A DNA stretch of 48,006 nt from a virus (taxonomy: Duplodnaviria; Heunggongvirae; Uroviricota; Caudoviricetes). The translations under genes were made by a program, and so were the position numbers. The notes below the pieces were generated by a model. That model had not been told where the DNA came from, did no database searches, and saw only the letters and a list, made by a program, of their open reading frames with translations. The DNA lies in the IMG/VR virus record IMGVR_UViG_2913147268_000002; one strand, written 5' to 3'. Position 1 is the stretch's first letter; each line of letters begins with the position of its first letter. Positions 36,523-46,961 of this stretch are shown here, piece after piece.

Positions 36523-37203
36523 GTGGCCGATTTACGTAGTAACGCGCAGATGTTCGATATCGATGTTTCGGCGCTGGAGCAGCTCAGAGTCGAAATCAGC
36601 GCGACGCAACATCAAATGTTAATGGTATACAACAGGGCGCTGAACCGAACTGCAAAACATATGCACCGAATTTCAGCAGGAATGATTTTGACTGCACTGG
36701 CAGCTAAAAATCATAAGGCCGTAGATAAACGAATCAAGCCGTTCATTAAGCGCCGTAATTTTACAAAAGAAGGGGCAGGAGACCTGAGCAGCGCCAAGCT
36801 CTGGTACGGTCTGAATGATTTCCGGGTATCTGAGCTAAAGGGGCGATTACAAAATCCACGGAGGCAAAAACAGCCTCGCGATCTTGAGACCGGCCTGTTT
36901 TTGAAAACCAAAAAAGGCGCTAGAGGGGCAACTTTTACACCCAAAAGTGCAGGGCTGGCGATGATGAGTTGGCCCGATTCATTCGTAGCGAAACGCTACG
37001 GTGCGAAAAGTGTCTGGATTCGACTGGATCGCGGAGGAATCGAAGAGGCTCGCGTACCTGTGCACGACGCGCTGGAGGATGCTATCGATGATTATATTTT
37101 TGAAAACATTGGCCCTGTTTTTATGGGCTTTTTTGAGAAAGATTTGCGCGGTCGCGTGAAAGGTAATGTCCACGTAGACCCAAAAACAGGTAAACGATTA
37201 TGA
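36523..37203 (+). CDS. Tail completion / virion morphogenesis protein (P2 R-position, putative)
   Basis: 226 aa, first gene of the contractile-tail block; assigned by position. Confidence 0.4.
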   Translation: MADLRSNAQMFDIDVSALEQLRVEISATQHQMLMVYNRALNRTAKHMHRISAGMILTALAAKNHKAVDKRIKPFIKRRNFTKEGAGDLSSAKLWYGLNDFRVSELKGRLQNPRRQKQPRDLETGLFLKTKKGARGATFTPKSAGLAMMSWPDSFVAKRYGAKSVWIRLDRGGIEEARVPVHDALEDAIDDYIFENIGPVFMGFFEKDLRGRVKGNVHVDPKTGKRL

Positions 37204-37736
37204 GCGGACTGGATGCATTTGACGAATATCTTGATCGCGTTAAAGGCGCGGTTTTACAAATACCGTTCATCAAAACATTCGGAATTTATCCGGAAATTCC
37301 GGCTGGATTTGAAACGCCAGCTCTGTTCCTGGAAATCAGCAACTGGTCACAGAGTGACGAATCGGTTCCAGGCTCAATTCAGTCAGTCGAGCTGTCGTGT
37401 AATTTGTATTTGCTGCGTGAATTTGCAGCTGATCAGTACGGACTGAAATCGCAGAATGCAGCGCTCTATATGACGAGCTGGATCAATGGGCGAATGTTCG
37501 GTCCCGGAACTAAACCGGCAAAATTCAGCGACGCGGAACCGTGCGACTGGATTAAAAACGGGCAGTCAGTCGGTTCGCATTCAGTTCAGTGCGTGTCGTT
37601 CACGCAGGTTGTAGGCGTTGGTCCAGATATTTTCGATTATCCCTCACAGGGGACCCTGAAAAATATATACGTCGGAATAGCACCAGATATCGGCGCAGAA
37701 CATGAGGGCGACTATTATGGCCCAATCGGACGATGA
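37200..37736 (+). CDS. Tail completion protein (P2 S-position, putative)
   Basis: 178 aa; ATGA overlap upstream; precedes baseplate V. Confidence 0.4.
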   Translation: MSGLDAFDEYLDRVKGAVLQIPFIKTFGIYPEIPAGFETPALFLEISNWSQSDESVPGSIQSVELSCNLYLLREFAADQYGLKSQNAALYMTSWINGRMFGPGTKPAKFSDAEPCDWIKNGQSVGSHSVQCVSFTQVVGVGPDIFDYPSQGTLKNIYVGIAPDIGAEHEGDYYGPIGR

Positions 37737-38619
37737 ATATGCTGCAGCGGAGAACGCGCGCAGGCTGCGTGACGCAGTTAAACGCGGCACGATAGCTGCA
37801 GTTAAAATGAATCCTCCACGCTGCCGAGTCTCATTTGGTGGCGAACACCAGTCAGGCTGGCTGCAGTGGTTTACTCACGCCACCTCAGAACGCGTCGACT
37901 GGAGCGCACCATCAGTGGGCGATCCCGTTACTGTTGTTTCTGAGGGTGGGGATACGCGGAACGGTGTAGTTATGCTCGGGCTGCACATTGACGACAAAGC
38001 TCCGCCAAGCAATGACCCCCATGATCATGTCACTGCATACTGTGACGGGGCTACGATGACGTATAACACAAAAAATCACACTCTGACATGGCAGGGCGTA
38101 CCGGACGGCGTGGTAAAAATACTCGGTGAGTCTGAAATAGAAATATTTGGACGCGCAGATGTTACTATTAATAGCGAAAATGTAGTTAATATCCATGGTG
38201 GGAAATTAATTAACGCAGACGCTGATATTATTAATGTCACAGCGACAGATACAATTAACGCACATGCTGATTTAGTGAACGTTATAGCAACGAGTTCTGT
38301 TAGTGTTACTGCTGCGAACAGAATATCGCTGACAGCTCAAACAATCAGCGCGTGGGCTCCGGGTGGTATAACACTAGCTGGTCCAACGCATATTACCGAG
38401 ACATTAGTAGTAGATAAATTAGCGACATTCCGTAACGATATTTCTGTCACTGGAGATAACGGTGGAACAGGTAATATCACAACTCGCGGTAGTGTGTTAG
38501 CAGGGCAAGAGGTGCAGGACCGACAAGGCACAATAACTGAAGTCCGCACAACGTATAACGGACACACTCATATATGTCCGGACGGGGAAACTCAACAACC
38601 GAACCAACCAATGGCGTAA
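37702..38619 (+). CDS. Baseplate assembly protein V (spike/hub)
   Basis: SGWLQWFTHATSERVDWSAPSVGDPVTVVSEGGDTRNGVV parallels P2 gpV; C-terminal beta-helix repeats and HTHICPDGE. Confidence 0.8.
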   Translation: MRATIMAQSDDEYAAAENARRLRDAVKRGTIAAVKMNPPRCRVSFGGEHQSGWLQWFTHATSERVDWSAPSVGDPVTVVSEGGDTRNGVVMLGLHIDDKAPPSNDPHDHVTAYCDGATMTYNTKNHTLTWQGVPDGVVKILGESEIEIFGRADVTINSENVVNIHGGKLINADADIINVTATDTINAHADLVNVIATSSVSVTAANRISLTAQTISAWAPGGITLAGPTHITETLVVDKLATFRNDISVTGDNGGTGNITTRGSVLAGQEVQDRQGTITEVRTTYNGHTHICPDGETQQPNQPMA

Positions 38620-38963
38620 AGATGCTTGGAATGGACCGTAACACCGGTAAACTTTTATCGGGGACTGATCACATTCGTCAGTCTATCGTTGATATTTTAA
38701 CGACCCCGCTGGGGACGCGTGTAATGCTGCCGGAATATGGCAGCAAATTATTTGATCTTGTTGATAATCCCACAGATCCGTCGCTTGCTATGCGAATAAT
38801 CATGGAAAGCGCTGGCGCAATAGCACGATGGGAACCACGCGTCAGAATTGACAGAATAAATGTGTTAGCAGTGGATATCGGGAAAATAACAATATTAATT
38901 ATCGCAACAGATATCGAAACACAACAGCGATTAGAGTTTAATAATATGGAGCTGATATTTTGA
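38574..38963 (+). CDS. Baseplate protein W (GPW/gp25 family)
   Basis: MLGMDRNTGKLLSGTDHIRQSIVDILTTPLGTRVMLPEYGS...WEPRVRI parallels P2 gpW; true start probably ATG at about 38621. Confidence 0.8.
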   Translation: MSGRGNSTTEPTNGVKMLGMDRNTGKLLSGTDHIRQSIVDILTTPLGTRVMLPEYGSKLFDLVDNPTDPSLAMRIIMESAGAIARWEPRVRIDRINVLAVDIGKITILIIATDIETQQRLEFNNMELIF

Positions 38964-39880
38964 TAACATCAACAGTTCAGAATTCGATAGTGAAAACTAT
39001 TGATATGAGTCTGCTGCCGCCGCCAGCATTCGTTAAAACCCCGTTATTTTCAGATGTTAAATCTAATCTACTGTCAGAGCTGCAGATATTATATCCACAA
39101 TTTAACGCACTCCTGGAGTCAGACCCGGCCGTTAAACTGCTGGAAATAGTTGCATACAGAGAAATCATTATTACAGCTCGGGTAAATCAGGGGATGCTCG
39201 CTGTATTGCTCGCGTTTGCAAAGGGGAGTGACCTCGACCAGATTGGCGCTAATTTTGACTGCCTGCGGCTGTTGATAACGCCAGCTAATCCCGATGTAAT
39301 TCCCCCGACTGAGGCTGTTTACGAGAGTGACGACGAGTATCGACACCGAATACAGCTATCATGGTATGCGCGGAATACTGCCGGCAGTACGAACGCCTAT
39401 AACTATTTCGCGCTGTCGAGTGATCCCGACGTTCTGTCAGCTCAGGCGTACGGCCCGCCGGTGACCCAGCCTGGATACGTCGATATGTATGTCTTGTCGC
39501 GAACCGGCGACGGCACTCCGCCTCAATCACTACTGAATACAGTGAATGCGGCCCTGTCTCCTGACGATACTCGACCGCTGACTGATTTCGTGACTGTAAA
39601 ACCTGCGTCGAACCTGAATTACCGGGTTGAGGCCGTTATCGTAGCCGGGCTCGGACCCGACCAGAACGTTTTGCTTAACGGTGCTCAGAGCGATTTGGCG
39701 ATATATGTGGATACGCAACATAAAATCGGAGCGACGGCAGCTCTGTCAGGAATTTACGACGCGATACATCGTGACGGCACTGAACGTGTGATTCTGATAT
39801 CGCCAACAGAGGATGTGATCGCTGGCGTCGGGCAGGCTCCGTACTGCACAGAAATCAAACTCAGCGTGCAAATGGGGTAG
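38960..39880 (+). CDS. Baseplate assembly protein J
   Basis: 306 aa in P2 J position and size; overlapping start/stop. Confidence 0.75.
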   Translation: MITSTVQNSIVKTIDMSLLPPPAFVKTPLFSDVKSNLLSELQILYPQFNALLESDPAVKLLEIVAYREIIITARVNQGMLAVLLAFAKGSDLDQIGANFDCLRLLITPANPDVIPPTEAVYESDDEYRHRIQLSWYARNTAGSTNAYNYFALSSDPDVLSAQAYGPPVTQPGYVDMYVLSRTGDGTPPQSLLNTVNAALSPDDTRPLTDFVTVKPASNLNYRVEAVIVAGLGPDQNVLLNGAQSDLAIYVDTQHKIGATAALSGIYDAIHRDGTERVILISPTEDVIAGVGQAPYCTEIKLSVQMG

Positions 39881-39882
39881 CC

Positions 39883-40509
39883 ATGACAAGTCAAAGCGTA
39901 CTGCCTCCGAACGCAATAACCCCTGAGAGGGCGCTTGAGGTTGTTTTATCTCACGTCGGCGATCTGCCTGGCGATATTCGAATTATTAAAAATCCCGATT
40001 TGTGCCCTGCAAATCTGTTGCCGTGGCTGGCGTGGGAGTACGCGGTCACCTACTGGAACCCCGACTGGAGTGAGCAGCAAAAACGCGAAATTATTAAAGC
40101 AGCTGCGTGGCAGAATAAGCACCGCGGAACGCGTGGAGCTGTTGAACGAGCGTTATTAACTGTTGGCTTTGAGAGCAAAATGAGAGAGTGGTTTGAAGCC
40201 ACGCCCAGGGACGACCCGTATACATTCGCAATTAAAATATATCTGCTAAAAAGCATGGGGTTAGATTTAGAACTATTGAATACATTTATTGCACAAATAT
40301 TTGATGCAAAAAATTGTCGTTCCTTATTAAAAGAAATAAATTTCGAAACGGGTGTCGATGGTGAGTTTTTTATAGCCGGTACACCTTACGCGAAAATAGG
40401 CGTAAACGTCCCAGCAGACGGCGACGGCGGTGTAAAAATTAACGGCGGGCTATATATATCGGGCTCACCAATTGTTAGTTTAAATGTGGAGATAGGGCCA
40501 AATGGCTGA
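39883..40509 (+). CDS. Tail protein I (baseplate)
   Basis: 208 aa in P2 I position. Confidence 0.65.
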   Translation: MTSQSVLPPNAITPERALEVVLSHVGDLPGDIRIIKNPDLCPANLLPWLAWEYAVTYWNPDWSEQQKREIIKAAAWQNKHRGTRGAVERALLTVGFESKMREWFEATPRDDPYTFAIKIYLLKSMGLDLELLNTFIAQIFDAKNCRSLLKEINFETGVDGEFFIAGTPYAKIGVNVPADGDGGVKINGGLYISGSPIVSLNVEIGPNG

Positions 40510-41686
40510 AAATAAAATTTACGCAGTACTGACAGACCGTGGCGCACAACTTGAAGCCGCTGCGCTGGCATCGGGTGTACCCGTGGTGCTGAATAAATTC
40601 GTTATTGGCGACGCAAACGGAAACGACGACGTAACACCGGACCCGGCACGAACTGCATTAATTCACGAGACGTATCGTGGGGATATTAAATCCGCAGAAA
40701 ATAGCGGTAACCAGGTTATCTTTACACTTTACGTACCGCCAGACACTGGGGGCTATACTATCCGTGAGGTGGGGATATTAACAGATAAAGGCGAGCTGTA
40801 CTCTGTGGCGCGCTCGCCGGACATTTTAAAACCTACGGACAGCAACGGTGCGCTGATTTCAATCACGTATAAATACACACTCGCGGTGTCCAGCACATCT
40901 ACGGTTAATGTTGTAGTATATGACAACTACGTAACTCCCGAGGAAGCTGACAAAAAATATTTGCAGATAAGTAAAAACTTATCTGAAATTCCCGCAAATG
41001 GTGAAACTGCTCAGCAGGCTGCGCGGAAAAATATTGGTATAGATGGGGACGTTGCATATAGAGATAAGGGTAATGCATTTACTCATCCAAATACTTTTAA
41101 AGATGATGTGATTTTTGAAGACGTTTTATCCTCTAAAAAACAAATAAATATAAACAAACCGGGCACTGATTTGACGTTGTTTTCATTTGCTGGTTTATCA
41201 GATGTGTCGGGCGATTATTTAGATTTTTCGACCCGTGGAGAAAACAATCAGAAGGTTTTTTATAGATTACGCGGAGTTCACTATGATGGCCTGGTGTTAC
41301 TGTGCGGCGGGCAGACGTATAAATACTGGAATGAGGCTAATCTTAAACCGGTTAAAACGATTAACGGGGAGTCGCCGGATGAAAATGGCAACATAGATAT
41401 AAGTCTTTCACCGGACCCATCACCGGAAATAGGTGTTGTTGGCGCGGTTGGTACTTATGCGCTTGTCGCTATTAATCATGCACCACAAATACTCCCGGGC
41501 TCCATATGGGCTGGAGGGGATTTATATTACGCTAGTATAAATAATACCGGTTCATATAACACGGATATTGCCACAAAACCATTTTATGACACACCACTTA
41601 TTGGCTCATGGCGAGCCATGGCGTATTCACCCGGTGGAGTCGGTGATATTGGGACTGCCTGTTTTTTAGCTATTAGGATTGCGTAA
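40502..41686 (+). CDS. Tail fibre protein (P2 H-like N-terminal domain), short
   Basis: N-terminus KIYAVLTDRGAQLEAAALASG...LIHETYRGDI...REVGILTDKGELYSVA parallels the conserved P2 gpH N-terminal baseplate-attachment region; only 394 aa. Confidence 0.7.
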   Translation: MAENKIYAVLTDRGAQLEAAALASGVPVVLNKFVIGDANGNDDVTPDPARTALIHETYRGDIKSAENSGNQVIFTLYVPPDTGGYTIREVGILTDKGELYSVARSPDILKPTDSNGALISITYKYTLAVSSTSTVNVVVYDNYVTPEEADKKYLQISKNLSEIPANGETAQQAARKNIGIDGDVAYRDKGNAFTHPNTFKDDVIFEDVLSSKKQININKPGTDLTLFSFAGLSDVSGDYLDFSTRGENNQKVFYRLRGVHYDGLVLLCGGQTYKYWNEANLKPVKTINGESPDENGNIDISLSPDPSPEIGVVGAVGTYALVAINHAPQILPGSIWAGGDLYYASINNTGSYNTDIATKPFYDTPLIGSWRAMAYSPGGVGDIGTACFLAIRIA

Positions 41687-42075
41687 TGATAAGCGTTGAT
41701 TCATTTAGAAAAATAACAAACCCTGTTTTTAATGACGAGCATGGGTTATCTATAAATATTATTTGCGATATTGACGGGATTGGAAACGACATTCCATTCA
41801 CCGCAATGAAAAATGATTGCGAGGAACACGGTAGGGTTTTATATGAAAGAGCGCTGAGCGGGGATTATGGGAGCATTTCTAAATTTGTAAAAAAAGAGCA
41901 GACGCAAAAACTCCAGACTACATTACGGACTGTTGGCGATCTGTCAATTGAGGCATTCTCAATTCAGTGTGCAGTAGATGCCGGAACCGCATCTGACGCG
42001 CAAATCGAAAATTTGGCCGAGCTTAAAGAAGCAATAGCGACGCGAATTGGTGAAAATAGAGAAGGAATAAAATGA
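41686..42075 (+). CDS. Hypothetical protein in tail-fibre-assembly position (129 aa)
   Basis: Position between fibre and sheath genes (P2 G slot) but no recognisable Tfa-like sequence. Confidence 0.35.
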   Translation: MISVDSFRKITNPVFNDEHGLSINIICDIDGIGNDIPFTAMKNDCEEHGRVLYERALSGDYGSISKFVKKEQTQKLQTTLRTVGDLSIEAFSIQCAVDAGTASDAQIENLAELKEAIATRIGENREGIK

Positions 42076-43574
42076 GCGTAACTAATTTTTTACACGGTAT
42101 TCGCACGCTCGAATACGACGACGGCACAAAAGAGATCAACACAGTAGATATTTCCGTGATTGGGATTGTTGGTACTGCTCCCGATTCCAGCTACCCAACT
42201 TGTGCATCACTATTATGGGGATCAGAGCTCGCAGACAATCTTGTTGAGTTTTCGACTGTCATGCCAGGGGCCGACGGAAACAACTGGATTGTTGAAATTG
42301 TTGATTTGGGAATTAACGGGAATGTAGCAACTCCAGGATACAGCACACTGCCCGACGGTTCGAGAAAATTAACAATGATCACGGACGGTGCCATGACCCC
42401 GTCAAAAATGTACGATCAGAACCAGCAGTATAAAGAAGGACTCCAGATTGGAGAATATATTAACGTCACATTCGGTGGTGATCACGCAGGAACGGGGACT
42501 GTATTCGCGCTCCCCCCAACAAATTTATCCGGTGGTAAAGACGAATCGTTCAAATATAATGTTCCGACGTTAATTGCAGGCAGTCAAAAAAAAGCTGGAT
42601 TGCTCGGTGGGTCTGGAACCCTTCCTCCCGCTGTATCTGAAATACTAAATCAGGAGGATGCCATTATTGTTGTTGTCCGCGTCGAAGAGGACAGCGACGA
42701 AACAAAAATGCGGCAGAACGTCGTTAACGGGATTAACGCATTGTTGACGTCTGCGCAAATAAATCAAGTAACGCCGAGAATTTTAATCGCTCCAGATTAT
42801 AGTGCTAACGATTATATTGCAGAACAACTTGAAGTGGTGACAAATAAATTACGAGGCGTTGGATATATCGATTCACCGCGAGGCGCTACGCCTGCTGACG
42901 TTGTAAATCGTCGTCAGAGGTACGGCGGCAGAATGGAAATTCTGCGCCCTCGTGTTTATTCTACGAGTGATGTTAGTGGTTTATCTCGTCCGTATTCAGC
43001 TATCGCTGCTGGTTTACGAGCCAGAATTGATAACGAAAAAGGGTTTTGGTGGAGCAAATCGAATCAAAATATCTACGGAATTACAGGACTCGAACAAGTC
43101 GATGATTTTATAATCGGTGAAACGAACTGCACAGCAAATCTGCTGAACGCCAGCCAGGTCAGCACAATTATTCGCTATGATGGATTCAGACACTGGGGTA
43201 ACTATCTGTGTAGCCTCAGTCCCCAATGGTCCTTTGAATGCGTTCGTCGGACAGCTGACGTAATTGAGGATTCAATAGCCCGGGCAATGATGACCGATTT
43301 TATTGATCGCCCGATAGACCTGCACCTCGGAACAGACGTTGTAGAGTCGATAAACGCGTATCTGCATAAATTAGAGGAGCAGGGCGCGATTAACGGAGGA
43401 CGGGCGTGGTTAGATGAAGAGTTAAATACAAAAGAAAGTCTGGCCGCTGGTAATCTTTATATTAATGTTGACTTTGGACCGAAATCCCCGGCACAAACAA
43501 TTACGTTAATGTACCGCATTAATAATGATTACACAGTTGAAGCTCTGGCCTCTCTTTTTAAAGAAACAGTCTAA
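42072..43574 (+). CDS. Tail sheath protein (P2 FI-like)
   Basis: N-terminus FLHGIRTLEYDDGTKEINTVDISVIGIVGTA and C-terminal IRYDGFRHWGN parallel P2 FI. Confidence 0.85.
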   Translation: MSVTNFLHGIRTLEYDDGTKEINTVDISVIGIVGTAPDSSYPTCASLLWGSELADNLVEFSTVMPGADGNNWIVEIVDLGINGNVATPGYSTLPDGSRKLTMITDGAMTPSKMYDQNQQYKEGLQIGEYINVTFGGDHAGTGTVFALPPTNLSGGKDESFKYNVPTLIAGSQKKAGLLGGSGTLPPAVSEILNQEDAIIVVVRVEEDSDETKMRQNVVNGINALLTSAQINQVTPRILIAPDYSANDYIAEQLEVVTNKLRGVGYIDSPRGATPADVVNRRQRYGGRMEILRPRVYSTSDVSGLSRPYSAIAAGLRARIDNEKGFWWSKSNQNIYGITGLEQVDDFIIGETNCTANLLNASQVSTIIRYDGFRHWGNYLCSLSPQWSFECVRRTADVIEDSIARAMMTDFIDRPIDLHLGTDVVESINAYLHKLEEQGAINGGRAWLDEELNTKESLAAGNLYINVDFGPKSPAQTITLMYRINNDYTVEALASLFKETV

Positions 43575-43591
43575 TAATCTGGAGAATTGAT

Positions 43592-44104
43592 ATGGCAGAT
43601 AGTAACACCTATCGTGCATTTGCGTTGTTCGTCCAGGGAGAACGAGTTTTAAATTGCACTGAATACACTCCCGTCGATATGAAAATAATCGAAGATGATT
43701 TTAAGACGGGCGCTATGGATACAGCTATCACTCTGGACGGGGGAATGGAGAAAATGTCAGCCAGTTTTAAAGTCTCTGGCTCCGATTCTGGTGTGATGGG
43801 GTATTTGGGATTAATACCAGGTGCTAAAACAAGGTTCGAAATTCGAAGTGCATATACTGACAATTACGGTGTCAATTTTGAACGTATTGATACATATGAG
43901 GGGCTTATTACGGCGATTACTGATGACGCGCAGGGGACTGATTCAAAATCAGCAGTTGGGCAATCAGTAACGATTGCGCCGAGCTATTATAAACGAGTTC
44001 AAAATGGAAAAATTATTTACGAGATTCATCCTGCAAAAATGAAACGAGTAATTAATGGTGTTGACGTTCTTGCGGGCGTTGCTCGTATTCTCCATGTATA
44101 TTAA
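43592..44104 (+). CDS. Tail tube protein (P2 FII-like)
   Basis: 170 aa directly after the sheath gene; ends ...VINGVDVLAGV, similar to the P2 FII C-terminus. Confidence 0.7.
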   Translation: MADSNTYRAFALFVQGERVLNCTEYTPVDMKIIEDDFKTGAMDTAITLDGGMEKMSASFKVSGSDSGVMGYLGLIPGAKTRFEIRSAYTDNYGVNFERIDTYEGLITAITDDAQGTDSKSAVGQSVTIAPSYYKRVQNGKIIYEIHPAKMKRVINGVDVLAGVARILHVY

Positions 44105-44116
44105 AAGGCAAATAAA

Positions 44117-44398
44117 ATGGAATCATTATTAGACAGTATGACTATTACGCTCTCTCGCCCGTTTATTATTAAGGGGGAGAGCCGCGATACAATTACTATT
44201 CGCGAACCAAAATTACGCGACCGCATTATGTTCAGTAACGATAAAAGTGGTCTTGAAGAGCGGACAGCGACAATGCTGGCGCGCCTGGCAAATCTGGAGC
44301 GTGAGGATTTATATGCACTGCCTGCGTGCGATTACGATCAAATGGAGGCCGCATTTAACGAACTGGTAAAGCCTCCGAAAGACCGACATCAGATATAG
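44117..44398 (+). CDS. Tail assembly chaperone (P2 gpE-like)
   Basis: 93 aa immediately upstream of the tape measure gene; a -1-frame extension ORF (44359-44526) runs into the tape measure start. Confidence 0.6.
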   Translation: MESLLDSMTITLSRPFIIKGESRDTITIREPKLRDRIMFSNDKSGLEERTATMLARLANLEREDLYALPACDYDQMEAAFNELVKPPKDRHQI

Positions 44399-44506
44399 TT
44401 ATTCTGATTCCGTTTATTGCGAAAAAACTTGCCATCCCGCCCGATACGCAAATGGACCTGCCGTACCGGGTTTTTAATTTCTATGTAAACGAGGTCATGA
44501 AAATCG

Positions 44507-46147
44507 ATGGCTATTTCTCAAAACTTTAAAACGCAGGTTGTATTCGGTGGGCGAATAGACCCGTCGTTTCGTCGCGGTACAACAGAACTCAATGATGCGA
44601 TTCGGCAGACGTCGTCTACTGTCGGGAAATTAACGAAAAGTCAGGATAAATTAAAAGACAAAATCGCAGCAATGAAACTGGCAGGTAAAGACGTTTCTGA
44701 TTTATCTGCTCAGTATCAAAAGCTGGACCGTCGAATAAAAGCGACAACGCAGGACCAGGAGGCGCTGAATACTCAACTTGCTAAAAAACAGCGGCTGGAG
44801 AAGTGGACGGGTCGCGCAAAAGGAGCTGCAAAATGGGGCGGACGAGCCGCCGCAGGTGCGGTGAGGGCTACGGGGCGGGGTATCAAATGGGGGACACTTG
44901 GCGCGGCAGGGCTCATTGGCGGTGCTGCAGCTGGTGCGCTGGCAATGAATGCAGAGACGTCAGAAAAACTCGGTCTGGCGAAGTCCTACGGCGTTGGCGT
45001 CGAAAAATACGCTGCGTGGGAAAATATTGGTAAAGCCGCGGGCCTGAACGGCGAAAATATCGGGGATTTGTCTGAAGAACTTACAAATAAAATCGGCGAA
45101 ATCGGAAACGAAAAAAGCCTGAATCCCATGTTATTTCAAATTGGCCTGACGAAAAAACGAATGGCTGGCTGGGATCGGGAAAAACAGTTTAATGAGGTTA
45201 TGCGTCGCATCTCTGAAATGAAAGATGAGAAGCAAGCGGCGAGCCTCGCTGACCAGCTCATGGGGGGCGAGGCTAATAAGATCATGACGTATATGAAGGC
45301 GACGGGTAAAAGCTGGGAACAGACAATGTCTGACGCGCAAAAGTCGAATTTGTTAACAAAAGAGGGTGCGGAAGGGGCGGCGCGTGCGCATGTATCAGTG
45401 ACAAATCTGTGGGGCTCTATTACGTCGGGACTTGCAGATACACTCGGTAAAATCGGGGGGGAACTCGCGCCGACGTTTGACTCAGTACGTGAAACATTTA
45501 CATCCTGGTTTAAGGATAATCAGGGTGGTTTTGTCAGCACAATTACTGAGTGGGTAAAACCAGAAAATATGAAAAAAATGTGGGATGGCATCGTCAATTT
45601 TGGAGAAGGTTGCGTCAAATTCGGGAAGATTATATGGGCTGTCGTAAAGAAACTGGAGTGGCTTATTCCGGATGAAAAATCAGATGAAGAACAGAAAACT
45701 TATAATGACGAATATAATCGGGCATATCAAGAGTTTATGGATTCGGGAGGTAAATATTCACCGAACGCTGGATTGACTGCTGATAATATTGCGAAGGCAA
45801 AAGCCGAAGAGGCTGTCGAAAATATGCGGCATCCAGAACGGCAAGAACAGGCAAAATCTCAGGCAGAATCAATGCTCGCGTTTGTTAATCCATTATCCGG
45901 GATGGTAAATAAAAATACCGCGCCTGCAGCACTGGATTCGTCGACGTTAAATATTGATACGTTGAAGCAGGCAGTCTCGACACCTGCGCCGGAGCAAAAC
46001 AATAAAATCGAAATCAATATTGTCGGTGCGACAGATCCGCAGTCAATACAACAATCTGCAGCGTCGGGGGTGCTCGATGGACTGAGACAGGCTGCGAGTT
46101 CGTACAATCGTGGCGCGATGTTTGATAAACCAGCTGCGGCGGGGTGA
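44507..46147 (+). CDS. Tail tape measure protein
   Basis: 546 aa, Gly/Ala-rich segment and coiled regions, position after E/E'. Confidence 0.8.
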   Translation: MAISQNFKTQVVFGGRIDPSFRRGTTELNDAIRQTSSTVGKLTKSQDKLKDKIAAMKLAGKDVSDLSAQYQKLDRRIKATTQDQEALNTQLAKKQRLEKWTGRAKGAAKWGGRAAAGAVRATGRGIKWGTLGAAGLIGGAAAGALAMNAETSEKLGLAKSYGVGVEKYAAWENIGKAAGLNGENIGDLSEELTNKIGEIGNEKSLNPMLFQIGLTKKRMAGWDREKQFNEVMRRISEMKDEKQAASLADQLMGGEANKIMTYMKATGKSWEQTMSDAQKSNLLTKEGAEGAARAHVSVTNLWGSITSGLADTLGKIGGELAPTFDSVRETFTSWFKDNQGGFVSTITEWVKPENMKKMWDGIVNFGEGCVKFGKIIWAVVKKLEWLIPDEKSDEEQKTYNDEYNRAYQEFMDSGGKYSPNAGLTADNIAKAKAEEAVENMRHPERQEQAKSQAESMLAFVNPLSGMVNKNTAPAALDSSTLNIDTLKQAVSTPAPEQNNKIEINIVGATDPQSIQQSAASGVLDGLRQAASSYNRGAMFDKPAAAG

Positions 46148-46572
46148 CAATGAGTGATGCAATAAACGGTGCTGAGGATATCATGCTCGGCCTGGGTGAT
46201 TTCATTTTTGCTATATCAACAGTAGCGTACAACAAACTGCAACGTAGTGACGCCTGGCGCTGGGCTCAGCAAACACGATTCGGGAAAAACGACGCGTTGC
46301 AGATAACCGGACGACCGAACCCCACAATTACTATCGATGGAAAGATAAACGCTTTATTTCTTGACGGGTGCGGCGTCGGCCTGTTGACAGATTTGCGAGC
46401 GCTCGGGAACACGGGAGAACCCCAGCAGCTAGTGCTGGGGACCGGGGAGGTGAAAGGGTACTGGGTGCTGCGAGAACTAACTGAAACGCAAAACAGCTTT
46501 TTGATGGGCGGAACACCTAAATCGCAGGACTTTTCACTCACGCTCGAATATTATGGAGCTTCGCTAGATTAA
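46144..46572 (+). CDS. Tail protein U (P2 gpU-like)
   Basis: 142 aa; TLEYYGASLD C-terminus pattern similar to P2 gpU. Confidence 0.7.
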   Translation: MTMSDAINGAEDIMLGLGDFIFAISTVAYNKLQRSDAWRWAQQTRFGKNDALQITGRPNPTITIDGKINALFLDGCGVGLLTDLRALGNTGEPQQLVLGTGEVKGYWVLRELTETQNSFLMGGTPKSQDFSLTLEYYGASLD

Positions 46573-46745
46573 TACAAAATCAAGCGCTACCAGAGCACTT
46601 AACAAGTATAAAAATAATAAAAAAAACTACGAACATAAATGTAAAACAACCTGATGGTATTTTTTTTGACGCCGAAATACTAATACCTCTCCGACTACTA
46701 AAATTAATTCTCATTATGAAATCCTTTTAATTAATGGGGCCCCAA

Positions 46746-46958
46746 ATGATTACATACACTACACGGGACGGTGACCGTCTCGATCAGATCTGCCTTGCGG
46801 TCTACGGGAGAGCGTCAAAAACGACAGAGACTGTTTTATATCAGGTTTCGAATTACGGCGTAACGGATATGTGTGCCGTGTTTCGTGCTGGAGAAAAAAT
46901 TGTTTTACCAGATATCGAACCAGAGCCGGTTAAAAAAGAAACGCAATTATGGGATTGA
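46746..46958 (+). CDS. Tail protein X (P2 gpX-like, LysM-like)
   Basis: MITYTTRDGDRLDQICLAVYGR...VLPDIEP parallels P2 gpX. Confidence 0.65.
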   Translation: MITYTTRDGDRLDQICLAVYGRASKTTETVLYQVSNYGVTDMCAVFRAGEKIVLPDIEPEPVKKETQLWD

Positions 46959-46961
46959 TGA

